From Fidelibacterota bacterium TCS52 (GTDB taxonomy: Bacteria > Fidelibacterota > Fidelibacteria > Fidelibacterales > Fidelibacteraceae), in assembly GCA_001577215.1 (NCBI GenBank), contig LSCC01000029.1, positions 1-63,134 on the forward strand: a stretch of 63,134 nucleotides of DNA, read 5' to 3'. The notes below the pieces were generated by a model. It saw only the letters and a list, made by a program, of their open reading frames with translations. It did not search any database and was not told the origin of the DNA. A program made the translations under genes and the position numbers. This document shows, piece after piece, positions 1 to 8,789 of this stretch. Position 1 is the first letter of the stretch; every line of letters starts with the position of its first letter.

Positions 1-1043
1 ATCATTATTGCTGCTTTTACCATATCCTGACCTTTTATTGAACCAAGTAGTTTTGGATCTTTACCTAAATATGCACTTGCAGCAAAAAATTCCTCTCCTA
101 TGAGTGTATAATCACAAGCTGTAATAAAAAATGGCAATTGAGCTTGCGAACCGGTTCCGGCAATTTGAATAGCACCAATAGAGTTTCCCGTTTCGGCTAA
201 GATCAGTGATTCGGCGTAAAATTTACCTTGCATAAATATTGCTGCCGGTTTCTCTCTTAACATAATTCCATTCACTCCTGCAGCGTATGCAAATTGATCA
301 TCTGTCAAGTAGTGAACCATATCAGAATTAAATTGGTCCGGTCTTCCTTGACTCATATACGATTCTCTTACAATTTCTCTTCCTGCTTCCATAACAATAG
401 AACGAGCCACAGGAACATTTAGATCTGTTTCATATTTTGCAGTCATTTTAGATATATGACCAAGAATAATTATTCCCGAAATTGTTTCAACTTGATCTAA
501 ATCCATTATTCCGGGAACAAATAACACAGATTTACCCATTTCTGTAGCTCTTCCAACAGCCTCTTCAAATGCTTTCAAACCAGCTATTGGACGCAAATAA
601 ATATCTTCTTTCTTTTTTGCTTTTCTAATAAAAAATAATATTAGAGCAGAAGTAACTAATAAAAATATAAATCTTGCAAGTCGAGATGTATTGAACCATT
701 TTGCTTGTGTGGTAAAAGGTTTTGAAATCGTTTCTGTAATAATTTCTCCATTATCATCATAAGTTACAATTTTTAATATTGTTGAAATATCATTTTTAAC
801 AAAAATTTTTGATGATAATTTGTTAATGCTCTTTAATTCTATCCATTGGGAATCTTCACCTAATTTTTTAAATACTTTAAAATTAGTTTCATTATTAACA
901 CCTGTAATTACCATATTTACAAGTTGTCCCTCAGCTTCTGTTTTATCTACTTCTACATTAATATTTATTTCATTTCCGAGAGCAAAATTAAATAATAACA
1001 TAGAGAGTAAAAATATTTTCACCCATATTACTTTATTTTTCAT
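1..1043 (-). CDS. Partial single-pass membrane protein of unknown function; the C-terminus runs off the window start. It has a signal peptide, a ~110-aa outer domain, a TM helix and a large conserved domain. It resembles the uncharacterised DUF6754-type family (recollection, unverified).
   Basis: Absent from the ORF track because its stop lies outside the window. I translated the reverse complement of 1043..601 by hand and found no stop: MKNKVIWVKIFLLSMLLFNFALGNEININVEVDK...ARFIFLLVTSALILFFIRKAKKKED. A quicker, unchecked hand translation of 600..1 also appears open. GGAGG (plus-strand cctcc, 1049-1053) lies 5 nt upstream of the ATG at 1043. It is co-directional with the two ORFs upstream. Confidence 0.6.
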   Translation of the reverse strand, partial: MKNKVIWVKIFLLSMLLFNFALGNEININVEVDKTEAEGQLVNMVITGVNNETNFKVFKKLGEDSQWIELKSINKLSSKIFVKNDISTILKIVTYDDNGEIITETISKPFTTQAKWFNTSRLARFIFLLVTSALILFFIRKAKKKEDIYLRPIAGLKAFEEAVGRATEMGKSVLFVPGIMDLDQVETISGIIILGHISKMTAKYETDLNVPVARSIVMEAGREIVRESYMSQGRPDQFNSDMVHYLTDDQFAYAAGVNGIMLREKPAAIFMQGKFYAESLILAETGNSIGAIQIAGTGSQAQLPFFITACDYTLIGEEFFAASAYLGKDPKLLGSIKGQDMVKAAIM

Positions 1044-1116
1044 TCTATCCTCCAATTAAGTATCAAAATATACAAATTATTTTATTAATATCTAATAAAA
1101 AATAATATTAATTTTT

Positions 1117-1431
1117 TTATGAAGCCATTTTGTTATTTTTTTCACTTTTTTTCTCATTTTCCATTTTCTCAATTTCAATTAATATTTTTTCTATATTTTC
1201 TCGTTTTTCCAACATTTTTGTATATTTATAAAATTGCCCTTTAGAAAAAAATGGTTCAATAAAAGGTCCAAAAAAATTAAGAAATTGTGCACCAATAAAA
1301 TTTAGCGGTTTTGTAATATCCAAAAATAATATTGAAGGAACTGATAAATGCCTATCAACGATTTTTTTTGCTGTTAATTTTATCAATTCTTCTTCATTGT
1401 AATTTTTATTTTTTTGAATTTGTTTTTTCAT
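1117..1431 (-). CDS. Hypothetical 104-aa protein with a central hydrophobic/amphipathic segment and a K/E-rich tail
   Basis: ORF-track ORF. Its ATG overlaps the stop of the upstream ORF by 4 nt (ATGA at 1428-1431), suggesting translational coupling. I recognise no family motif. Confidence 0.5.
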   Translation of the reverse strand: MKKQIQKNKNYNEEELIKLTAKKIVDRHLSVPSILFLDITKPLNFIGAQFLNFFGPFIEPFFSKGQFYKYTKMLEKRENIEKILIEIEKMENEKKSEKNNKMAS

Positions 1432-1862
1432 TTTTCTATTTTTCTTTTCACTATTTCTATTACTTGTTCACGATTATTATTAAATATTAAATTAAAAGAT
1501 CTATAATTATCTAATCGAGAAGCTTTCAAAGATGTAAATATCTTAATCACTTTTTTATCATAATCAAATCTTCTGAAATATTCCCACTTTTGTTCTTTTT
1601 TTAAAAATGCATTTTGTATAATTATTTTTTTTTCTGTTAATATAAATTTTGTTGAAAAATAATAGGGTAATAATACAAATATAAAGAAAACTATTAAAAT
1701 AATAAAAGAAAATAGGATGCTATTCATTAACATACCCGAATAAATTGAAACCATTAGAATAAAAATTCCAGCAACTATTCCCTTTAATGGGTTTTTTTTA
1801 AATGGATAAATTTGCCATTGAAGTAATGTATGGTTATTATAATTTATTTTTCCATTTTTCAT
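1428..1862 (-). CDS. Small membrane protein: two TM helices followed by a bacterial PH-like (bPH/DUF304-like) domain
   Basis: ORF-track ORF. Hydrophobic stretches are GIVAGIFILMVSIYSGML and ILFSFIILIVFFIFVLLPYYF, followed by a ~70-aa soluble tail. It is the first gene of a minus-strand three-gene unit. Confidence 0.55.
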   Translation of the reverse strand: MKNGKINYNNHTLLQWQIYPFKKNPLKGIVAGIFILMVSIYSGMLMNSILFSFIILIVFFIFVLLPYYFSTKFILTEKKIIIQNAFLKKEQKWEYFRRFDYDKKVIKIFTSLKASRLDNYRSFNLIFNNNREQVIEIVKRKIEK

Positions 1863-1932
1863 AATGACATTAATATATAAAATAATATTCCTAAAAGAAA
1901 TAAAAAAAAATATAAATTTAGTGATATTTTTT

Positions 1933-1961
1933 TTGGATATAACTAATACTTTTATTAATAT
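1933..1961 (+). promoter_or_regulatory. Sigma70-like promoter candidate for glgC (TTGGAT-N17-TAATAT)
   Basis: TTGGAT at 1933-1938, a 17-nt spacer, TAATAT at 1956-1961. It lies about 30 nt upstream of the glgC ATG and its AGGAAGGAAG RBS. The AT-rich background makes chance matches common. Confidence 0.35.
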
Positions 1962-1992
1962 ATTATAAAAGAAAAAAATAGGAAGGAAGTAT

Positions 1993-3228
1993 ATGAGAAA
2001 TGTAATGACACTTATTCTTGGAGGGGGGCAAGGGACAAGATTAGCACCTCTAACAATTGTAAGAGCAAAACCAGCAGTGCCAATAGGAGGAAAATATCGA
2101 CTTATTGATATTCCAATTAGTAATTGTTTGAATTCAGATATTAGAAAAATTTATATTTTAACTCAGTTTAATAGTGAATCGTTACATAGACATATTAGCC
2201 AAACATATAGATTTGATTATTTTACTAATGGCTTTTTAGAAGTTCTCGCCGCTTCTCAAACTTTGGATAATTTAGGATGGTATCAGGGAACCGCTGATGC
2301 CGTAAGACATAATATTCATCATTTTGAATCGTATGATTTTGATCAATATTTGATTCTTGCTGGTGATCATTTGTATAGAATGAATTATAAAAATTTTGTT
2401 CAACAACACAGAGATAAAAAATCAGATATTACTGTTTCTGTAAAACCAGTGACTCGAGAAGAAGCAAAATCATTTGGTATATTGAAAGTTGATAATAATG
2501 GAAGAATAATTGATTTTGCAGAAAAACCCAACAAGGATGAATTATTGGACAAGATGAAAAGTGATACCGGTATTCCTGAAAAACCATTTTGGGGATCAAT
2601 GGGAATATATGTATTTGATAAAGATATATTGGTTTTGCAATTAAAAAACATAAAAGAAGATGATTTCGGTGGTAACATTATTCCGGGTTCTATAAAGGAG
2701 TTTAAAGTAGACGCTTATTTTTTTGATGGATATTGGGAGGATATTGGTACTATAGATGCATTTTATCAAGCGAATTTATCTTTGACAGATATGAGCCCAC
2801 CATTTAAATTTAATGACCATTCATTTCCTGTTTATACACATGCCAGAATGCTACAGGGATCTCGCATCGGTGATACGAAGATATTTCATTCTATAATAAA
2901 TGACGGATGCTTTATTGGTGCGAAATCTATTAAAAATTCAATTATTGGTATTAGAAGTGTTATTGGTGATAATACTATAATTAATGATAGCATTATTATG
3001 GGGAATGATTTTTTTAGTGATAAAAAATGCAATGGAATATATTTAGGACTTGGGAGAAATTGTAAGATCCAAAAAGCTATTATTGATAAAAATGTTTGTA
3101 TTGGTGATAATGTTAAAATTATTAATAAAGACAATAAAGAATTTGAAGAAGCAGAAAATTATTGGATAAAAGATGGAATCGTAGTTATTAAAAAGGAAGC
3201 AATAATTCCAAATAATACAATAATATAA
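1993..3228 (+). CDS. glgC: Glucose-1-phosphate adenylyltransferase
   Basis: N-terminal LILGGGQGTRLAPLT...AKPAVPIGGKYRLIDIPISNC nucleotidyltransferase signature, WYQGTADAV motif and a C-terminal left-handed beta-helix repeat region. 411 aa. Confidence 0.9.
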   Translation: MRNVMTLILGGGQGTRLAPLTIVRAKPAVPIGGKYRLIDIPISNCLNSDIRKIYILTQFNSESLHRHISQTYRFDYFTNGFLEVLAASQTLDNLGWYQGTADAVRHNIHHFESYDFDQYLILAGDHLYRMNYKNFVQQHRDKKSDITVSVKPVTREEAKSFGILKVDNNGRIIDFAEKPNKDELLDKMKSDTGIPEKPFWGSMGIYVFDKDILVLQLKNIKEDDFGGNIIPGSIKEFKVDAYFFDGYWEDIGTIDAFYQANLSLTDMSPPFKFNDHSFPVYTHARMLQGSRIGDTKIFHSIINDGCFIGAKSIKNSIIGIRSVIGDNTIINDSIIMGNDFFSDKKCNGIYLGLGRNCKIQKAIIDKNVCIGDNVKIINKDNKEFEEAENYWIKDGIVVIKKEAIIPNNTII

Positions 3229-3241
3229 ATTTGGAGGAAGA

Positions 3242-4633
3242 GTGAAAGAAGACAAAAAAACAATTAGTAGAAAAATTTCAGAATTTGCTATAAGTTTTCA
3301 ATATGAAGATTTACCAAAAAAAGTTGTAGAACAGACAAAACGATTTTTATATGATTCAATAGGATGCGCTTATGGAAGTATGAATACAAAAGATGTAAAT
3401 ATAATAAAAGACATCTATACTGAAATTGGTGGTAAAGAAGAAGCAACAATTATTGGATTTGGTAAAAAAATTCCGGCTGTAAATGCTTCATTTTTAAATT
3501 CTTTAATGATCAGATCATTGGATTTTAATGATATTTATTGGAAAGAAGATCCTTCACATCCATCTGATATAATTTCTGCTGCATTATCATTAGGTGAAAA
3601 AGTAAATGCTTCAATGAAAGAAGTAATTGTTGCTATTGTTTTAGGATATGAATTTGAGCAGCGGTTATGTGAATTTGCTAAACCGGGATTAAGAGAAAGA
3701 AAATGGCATCACGCTACAATAACTCAATTTGTTTCACCTATTGTTGCAGGAAAAGTTCTAAATTTAAGTGTTGAGCAAATGGTAAATGCAATTGGTATTA
3801 GCGGAAGTCATAATCATACAATTGGTTGTCCTACTGCAGGAAAATTAACAATGATGAAAAATACAGTTGATCCAATGGCAGTTCAATCCGGAGTGTTTGC
3901 TGCTTTAATGGCAGAAAAGGGTTATACCGGCACAGAAGCAATATTTGAAGGGAAAGAAGGATTGATGGATGTATATGGACCCGATTGGGATTTAAATGTC
4001 CTGTTTGCGGACTTGGGGGAAAAATTTAAAATAATGGAATGTTCGATGAAAGCATTTCCAACTGAGGCATTAACACATACACATATAAGTGCTACATTAG
4101 AATTAGTAAGGGAAAACTCCATTGATTATAATAATGTGGAAAATGTCATAATTACTACAATAGCAAGAGCTGCTGATATTTTATTTGATCCTGAAAAATA
4201 TAAACCGGATTCACGAGAGACAGCAGATCATAGTTTACCATATTGTATTGCGTGTGCAATAATTGACAAAAAAATCACAAAAGAATCGTTTGCTGACGTC
4301 AATATTAGACGGAAAGAAATAAAGGAAGTAATAAATAAAATAAAAGGTAAAGCATCTAAAGATTTTGAGAAAATATTTCCGGAAAAACAACCATCTTGCG
4401 TTAAAATAAAGATGAAAAATGGGCAAGTTTATGAAAAATATTTAGAATATCCCAAAGGAGATCCTCGAGAACCGATGAATTTAGAAGATTTGAGAATAAA
4501 ATTCAATTCATTAATAGATAGTAATATTGAAATAAACAAGTTAAAAGAGGTTGAAAATACGATTTTAAGCTGTGAAAAGAATAATTTTGTAAATAATTTT
4601 ATGAAAAAGTTAATTATTTTAAAAAAAAAATAA
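3242..4633 (+). CDS. MmgE/PrpD-family protein (2-methylcitrate dehydratase-like fold; substrate unknown)
   Basis: 463 aa with a GTG start and a GGAGGAAG RBS. Family-typical blocks such as FLYDSIGCAYGS and DHSLPYCIACAI. No prpB or prpC nearby. Confidence 0.8.
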   Translation: MKEDKKTISRKISEFAISFQYEDLPKKVVEQTKRFLYDSIGCAYGSMNTKDVNIIKDIYTEIGGKEEATIIGFGKKIPAVNASFLNSLMIRSLDFNDIYWKEDPSHPSDIISAALSLGEKVNASMKEVIVAIVLGYEFEQRLCEFAKPGLRERKWHHATITQFVSPIVAGKVLNLSVEQMVNAIGISGSHNHTIGCPTAGKLTMMKNTVDPMAVQSGVFAALMAEKGYTGTEAIFEGKEGLMDVYGPDWDLNVLFADLGEKFKIMECSMKAFPTEALTHTHISATLELVRENSIDYNNVENVIITTIARAADILFDPEKYKPDSRETADHSLPYCIACAIIDKKITKESFADVNIRRKEIKEVINKIKGKASKDFEKIFPEKQPSCVKIKMKNGQVYEKYLEYPKGDPREPMNLEDLRIKFNSLIDSNIEINKLKEVENTILSCEKNNFVNNFMKKLIILKKK

Positions 4634-4640
4634 AAAAAAC

Positions 4641-4669
4641 TTGCATGTTAAAAATTAAATGATTAATAT
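4641..4669 (+). promoter_or_regulatory. Sigma70-like promoter candidate (TTGCAT-N17-TAATAT)
   Basis: TTGCAT at 4641-4646, a 17-nt spacer, TAATAT at 4664-4669, upstream of the OMP gene at 4726. Confidence 0.35.
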
Positions 4670-4725
4670 GGTGAGGTAATGAAATAAAAGTGATTTTAAA
4701 TAGAAAATAATTAGGAGGAATTAGC

Positions 4726-5499
4726 ATGAAGAATTTTTTGAAACTTTTGTTTGTTTTATCATTGGTGTTTTCTTTTTCGTTTTTGTTTGCGCAAGAAGAA
4801 ACAGATAGTGATGAAGAATTTCAAAAACTCTTAGAAGAGGAAAATGTTGACACTGAGGAAACAGAAGCAGTCGAGGAAGAGAGAAGTTTTCTTGATAAGG
4901 TTTCTGATACTGAGGAAGAAGAAGTAGCTGTAGAAGAAACTGCTGATGTAGATACTTGGGGTATTAAAGCTTATGTAAATGTCGGCGCAGTTGAACCTTG
5001 GGGCGAAACTGGGGGAATATTTGATATGGGTTTTCATTTTGGCGGTGGTGCAATTTTTAAGCTTTCTAATTTTTTAGACTTACCATTAGCATTAGAGCCG
5101 TTAAATGTAGAAGGTTTAATAAGCTATACAAGTTTTGCACAAAAAGATGATGGCGATGGAACAGCTAGTGTTATTGGAGTTGGAATAACACCTCGTTATG
5201 ATGCAAGTGATTTGATTTATGATGCACTTGATGTTGAACCTATCGTTGGTGTTTTTGGATTGTTAGGGCTACGATATAACAATCATTCTTGGGATAGTTA
5301 TGATGTTTTGGAAGATGAAAGTGGTTCATCTTTTGGTCTTGATATTGGCGTAGGAGTTAGATATGATATTAACGAATCTGTTGGATTGGATTTAAGATTT
5401 ACACAAGGTCTATATATAATGTCAGAACTTGATAATTATGAAGACTATTCACATTCAGAAAATGGATTTCTTTTAGGTGTCACTTTTAAAATACAATAG
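4726..5499 (+). CDS. Secreted small beta-barrel outer-membrane protein with a highly acidic N-terminal linker
   Basis: AGGAGG RBS. Signal peptide MKNFLKLLFVLSLVFSFSFLFAQ, then ~55 aa rich in D/E, then alternating hydrophobic beta-strand patterns (GLDIGVGVRYDI, GLDLRFTQGLYI, GFLLGVTFKIQ). Confidence 0.7.
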   Translation: MKNFLKLLFVLSLVFSFSFLFAQEETDSDEEFQKLLEEENVDTEETEAVEEERSFLDKVSDTEEEEVAVEETADVDTWGIKAYVNVGAVEPWGETGGIFDMGFHFGGGAIFKLSNFLDLPLALEPLNVEGLISYTSFAQKDDGDGTASVIGVGITPRYDASDLIYDALDVEPIVGVFGLLGLRYNNHSWDSYDVLEDESGSSFGLDIGVGVRYDINESVGLDLRFTQGLYIMSELDNYEDYSHSENGFLLGVTFKIQ

Positions 5500-5520
5500 T
5501 TATTAAATCTAAATAATTTT

Positions 5521-5556
5521 AAAAAAGCTCTCAATTTATATGAGAGCTTTTTTTTG
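5521..5556. terminator. Bidirectional intrinsic terminator between convergent genes
   Basis: Stem AGCTCTCA (5526-5533) / TGAGAGCT (5541-5548), flanked by an A-run on the 5' side and a T-run on the 3' side. It lies between the OMP gene (+) and the HemC-like gene (-). Confidence 0.7.
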
Positions 5557-5574
5557 TTACCTATGTTTTATTTT

Positions 5575-6492
5575 TTATATGGGTAATATTTTTTTAATTT
5601 TATCGTTTTTCAAAAATGTGGTGGCTAATTTATTTCCTATAGATTTACTATTATCCCTAAATGTTTTTGTAACACTATCTTTGATGAAGATATCACCTTC
5701 ATTATCTGATAAAAATGCAGTTAAAGAAAGTTCTTTATCTATCATTTCTGCATAAACACCAACAGGATAATTATTATTAATATTTAATTTTGAAATAAAT
5801 GCTCTTTCCGCAGTAACTGTATTATATGTATCCTTGTCTAATATCGGTTGAAGTAATTCTATTATATCAAATCTATGACTTTGGGTTACTAATGCTGTAG
5901 CACCTTGTCCTGCTGTAGGAATAAATTTGTCTTTTGGTAAATCTTCAGAGGGTGTTTTTGAAATATTTAATCGCTTAAGCATTATTTTATTAAGAATAAC
6001 TCCGCTGAATTTTAAATTTTTTAATTTGAAAATACGGGATTTTACATCGCCATTCAAAATAACTAATTTTATATTCGGATAATATTTTCTCATTAATACA
6101 AAATTTCTTAAATTACTAACACCAACAATAAACTTTGGTAGGTCATCATCTATTTTTATATTATTAAATGTTACGAATACGTCTTCAGAATAGTCCCTTT
6201 TTATGTAACCGGCAATTATCAAACCGGGATCAATTGTATATGATAAATGTTTGACATTGTGAACTGCTAACTGAATATCATTATTCAATAATTGTTCTTC
6301 TATTTCTAAACTGTAAGGGATATCTACAATTTCATCATTTAGTTGAAAATCATTATTATTTTGATGATTTGTTTTAATAATTTTAATACGAATATTTAGT
6401 TGAGGATATTGTGATTTTAACAATTCTTTAATATGATTTGTTTGCCAGATAGCTAATTTGTTTTCATTAGTTGCAATTATTATGCTTTTCAT
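5575..6492 (-). CDS. Hydroxymethylbilane synthase (porphobilinogen deaminase)-like protein with degenerate active-site residues
   Basis: 305 aa, colinear with E. coli HemC: IIIATNENKLAIWQ vs LRIATRQSPLALWQ, AVHNVKHLS vs AVHSMKDVP, PTAGQGA vs PAVGQGA, TAERAF vs TAERAM. Several catalytic positions differ (see findings). Confidence 0.75.
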   Translation of the reverse strand: MKSIIIATNENKLAIWQTNHIKELLKSQYPQLNIRIKIIKTNHQNNNDFQLNDEIVDIPYSLEIEEQLLNNDIQLAVHNVKHLSYTIDPGLIIAGYIKRDYSEDVFVTFNNIKIDDDLPKFIVGVSNLRNFVLMRKYYPNIKLVILNGDVKSRIFKLKNLKFSGVILNKIMLKRLNISKTPSEDLPKDKFIPTAGQGATALVTQSHRFDIIELLQPILDKDTYNTVTAERAFISKLNINNNYPVGVYAEMIDKELSLTAFLSDNEGDIFIKDSVTKTFRDNSKSIGNKLATTFLKNDKIKKILPI

Positions 6493-6617
6493 TTTTACTC
6501 CTGTTCATTATACTATTATATATAATGAAATCAAAAAATTATATTACATTACTATAATCATAATTTAATATAATAAAAAAAACTGTTAAAATCTACTAAA
6601 ATATTATAAAAATTAAT

Positions 6618-6646
6618 AAAAAGGAAGTATTTAATACTTCCTTTTT
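6618..6646 (-). terminator. Intrinsic terminator downstream of dnaK
   Basis: Stem GGAAGTAT (6623-6630) / ATACTTCC (6634-6641) with a 3-nt loop, flanked by A5 and T5. On the minus strand a T-run follows, about 25 nt after the dnaK stop. Confidence 0.7.
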
Positions 6647-6670
6647 ATATTAATATGATAAGAAATATTG

Positions 6671-8581
6671 TTATTTCTTATCTTCGTCCACTACTTCATA
6701 GTCCGCATCTTCAACATCATCTTTTGATTTTGAATTTTTTGATTCAGAATTTGACTGTGTTTGTTCTTTTGCTTGATCTGTTTGTGTGTTTTTATACATT
6801 TTTTCAGAAATTTTTGAAAAAGCTTGAGTAACTGCTTCTATTTTTGATTTTATCTCATTTGCATCTTTGCTATCTTTAACTTTTTCTAATTCTTCTAATG
6901 CATCTTCAACAGGTTTTCTATCTTCATCAGAAATTTTATCTTTGAGTTCATCAAGTTGTTTCTTTGTAGAAAATATCATTTGTTCGGCTTGATTGTGAGC
7001 ATCAATTGTTTCTTTCCATTTTTTATCTTCTTTTTCATGTTCTTCAGCGTCTTTTTTCATATTTTCAATTTCGCTTTCCTTAAGTCCGCTTGACGATTCA
7101 ATTGTAATATGTTGTTCTTTACTGGTTGCTTTATCTTTTGCAGAAACATTTAAGATACCATTTGCATCAATATCAAATGAAACTTCTATTTGTGGTACTC
7201 CTCTTGGAGAAGGTGGAATTCCATCCAATGTAAATCTTCCAAGCGTTCTATTACTTGTAGCTTGTGATCTTTCTCCTTGTAGAACATGTATTTCAACTGC
7301 AGGTTGATTGTCTGCAGCGGTGCTGAATATTTCTGTTTTTTTAGCCGGTATGGTTGTGTTTTTATCTAACAATTTTGTAGATACTCCACCCAAAGTTTCT
7401 ATTCCCAATGATAGTGGTATCACATCCAATAATAATACATCTTTAACATCACCTTGTAGTACTCCTCCTTGAATTGCCGCTCCTAAAGCAACAACTTCGT
7501 CCGGATTAACTGTTTTATTTGATTCTTTACCAAATATTTCTTTAACTAATTTTTGTACAGCAGGTATTCTCGTTGAACCTCCAACTAAAATAATTTCATC
7601 AATTTCACCTTTAGAAATACTAGCATCTTTCATAGCATTTATACAAGGTTGTTTTGTTCTTTTTACTAGATCTTCTGTTAGTTGATCAAATTTAGCTCTG
7701 GAGATAGTAATATTTAAATGTTTTGGACCATTAGAATCTGCTGTTAAATATGGAAGATTAATTTCTGTCTGTTTTGATGAGGATAATTCAATTTTCGCTT
7801 TTTCAGCAGAATCTTTTAATCTTTGAACAACCATTGGATCTTTGGAAATATCAATTCCCTCTTGTTTTTTGTATTCTTTGATCAAATAATCAATCAATCG
7901 TTTGTCAAAATCATCTCCACCCAAATGGCCATCACCATTTGTGGATTTTACTTCAAATACGCCTTCACCAATTTCAAGTATTGAAATATCAAAAGTTCCA
8001 CCTCCAAGATCAAAAACCGCTATTTTTTCATCTTTCTTTTTGTCTAAACCATAAGCTAAAGAAGCAGCTGTTGGTTCATTTATTATTCTTTTTACTTTTA
8101 AGCCGGCAATCTTTCCTGCATCTTTTGTTGCTTGTCTTTGTGAATCATTGAAATAAGCTGGCACAGTAATAACTGCTTCATCAACTTTTTCACCAAGATA
8201 TTCTTCTGCAATTTGTTTTGCTTTTTGTAATATCATTGCACTAATTTCCGGTGGAGAGTACTTTTTGTTATTTACATTAACTCGCACATCTCCGTTTGAT
8301 CCTTTTTCAACTTTGAATGGAACTTCTTCTATTTCTTGATCGACTTCATTATACATTCGTCCCATAAATCTTTTAATACTTGATATAGTGTTGTTTGGAT
8401 TGGTAATTGCCTGTCTTTTTGCACCTGTCCCAACTAACCTCTCACCATCTTTTTTGAATGCAATAATTGACGGAGTAGTTCTTCCGCCTTCTGAACTTAA
8501 TAATATTTTTGGTTCCTTACCTTCCATTATTGCTACACAAGAATTGGTGGTACCTAAATCAATTCCTATTATTTTTCCCAT
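6671..8581 (-). CDS. dnaK: Chaperone DnaK (Hsp70)
   Basis: [22 protein letters not shown] and VGGSTRIP motifs. The ORF-track start at 8593 (MEEKM...) is probably too early: the GGAGG at 8591-8587 lies inside those codons, 5 nt before the ATG at 8581 ([10 protein letters not shown]). Confidence 0.97.
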   Translation of the reverse strand: MGKIIGIDLGTTNSCVAIMEGKEPKILLSSEGGRTTPSIIAFKKDGERLVGTGAKRQAITNPNNTISSIKRFMGRMYNEVDQEIEEVPFKVEKGSNGDVRVNVNNKKYSPPEISAMILQKAKQIAEEYLGEKVDEAVITVPAYFNDSQRQATKDAGKIAGLKVKRIINEPTAASLAYGLDKKKDEKIAVFDLGGGTFDISILEIGEGVFEVKSTNGDGHLGGDDFDKRLIDYLIKEYKKQEGIDISKDPMVVQRLKDSAEKAKIELSSSKQTEINLPYLTADSNGPKHLNITISRAKFDQLTEDLVKRTKQPCINAMKDASISKGEIDEIILVGGSTRIPAVQKLVKEIFGKESNKTVNPDEVVALGAAIQGGVLQGDVKDVLLLDVIPLSLGIETLGGVSTKLLDKNTTIPAKKTEIFSTAADNQPAVEIHVLQGERSQATSNRTLGRFTLDGIPPSPRGVPQIEVSFDIDANGILNVSAKDKATSKEQHITIESSSGLKESEIENMKKDAEEHEKEDKKWKETIDAHNQAEQMIFSTKKQLDELKDKISDEDRKPVEDALEELEKVKDSKDANEIKSKIEAVTQAFSKISEKMYKNTQTDQAKEQTQSNSESKNSKSKDDVEDADYEVVDEDKK

Positions 8582-8738
8582 TTTTTCCTCCATTTTATTT
8601 TCATTGATATATAATGCAAATATTATGCCAATATAATAATTGTCGATATTGCAATATATAATGCCATAATGACAATACTTAAAAAATATTATTATATAGT
8701 AAAATATTTTTTATAATATAAAGTTTTTATAATTGCAA

Positions 8739-8757
8739 AATAATAATAATTATATTA
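8739..8757 (+). promoter_or_regulatory. Weak Fur-box-like AT-rich element upstream of feoA
   Basis: AATAATAATAATTATATTA matches about 13 of 19 positions of GATAATGATAATCATTATC, about 35 nt before the feoA ATG. Specificity is low in this AT-rich DNA. Confidence 0.15.
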
Positions 8758-8789
8758 ACTTTCAAGATAATTAAAAATGGATTTAAGTT

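Noticed and set aside
820-1059. 79-aa plus-strand ORF from the ORF track
   Set aside because: It lies entirely antisense to a much longer minus-strand reading frame (1043..1) that has a perfect GGAGG RBS and protein-like composition. The plus-strand ORF has no RBS and a low-complexity sequence.
5540-5755. 71-aa plus-strand ORF
   Set aside because: It starts inside the bidirectional terminator hairpin and runs antisense to the 3' end of the HemC-like gene. It has no RBS.
6507-6534. Minus-strand TTGATT-N16-TATAAT promoter-like motif for the HemC-like gene
   Set aside because: The -10 element ends only ~6 nt before the GGAG RBS. A transcript started from it would lack the RBS, so it is probably a chance match in AT-rich DNA.
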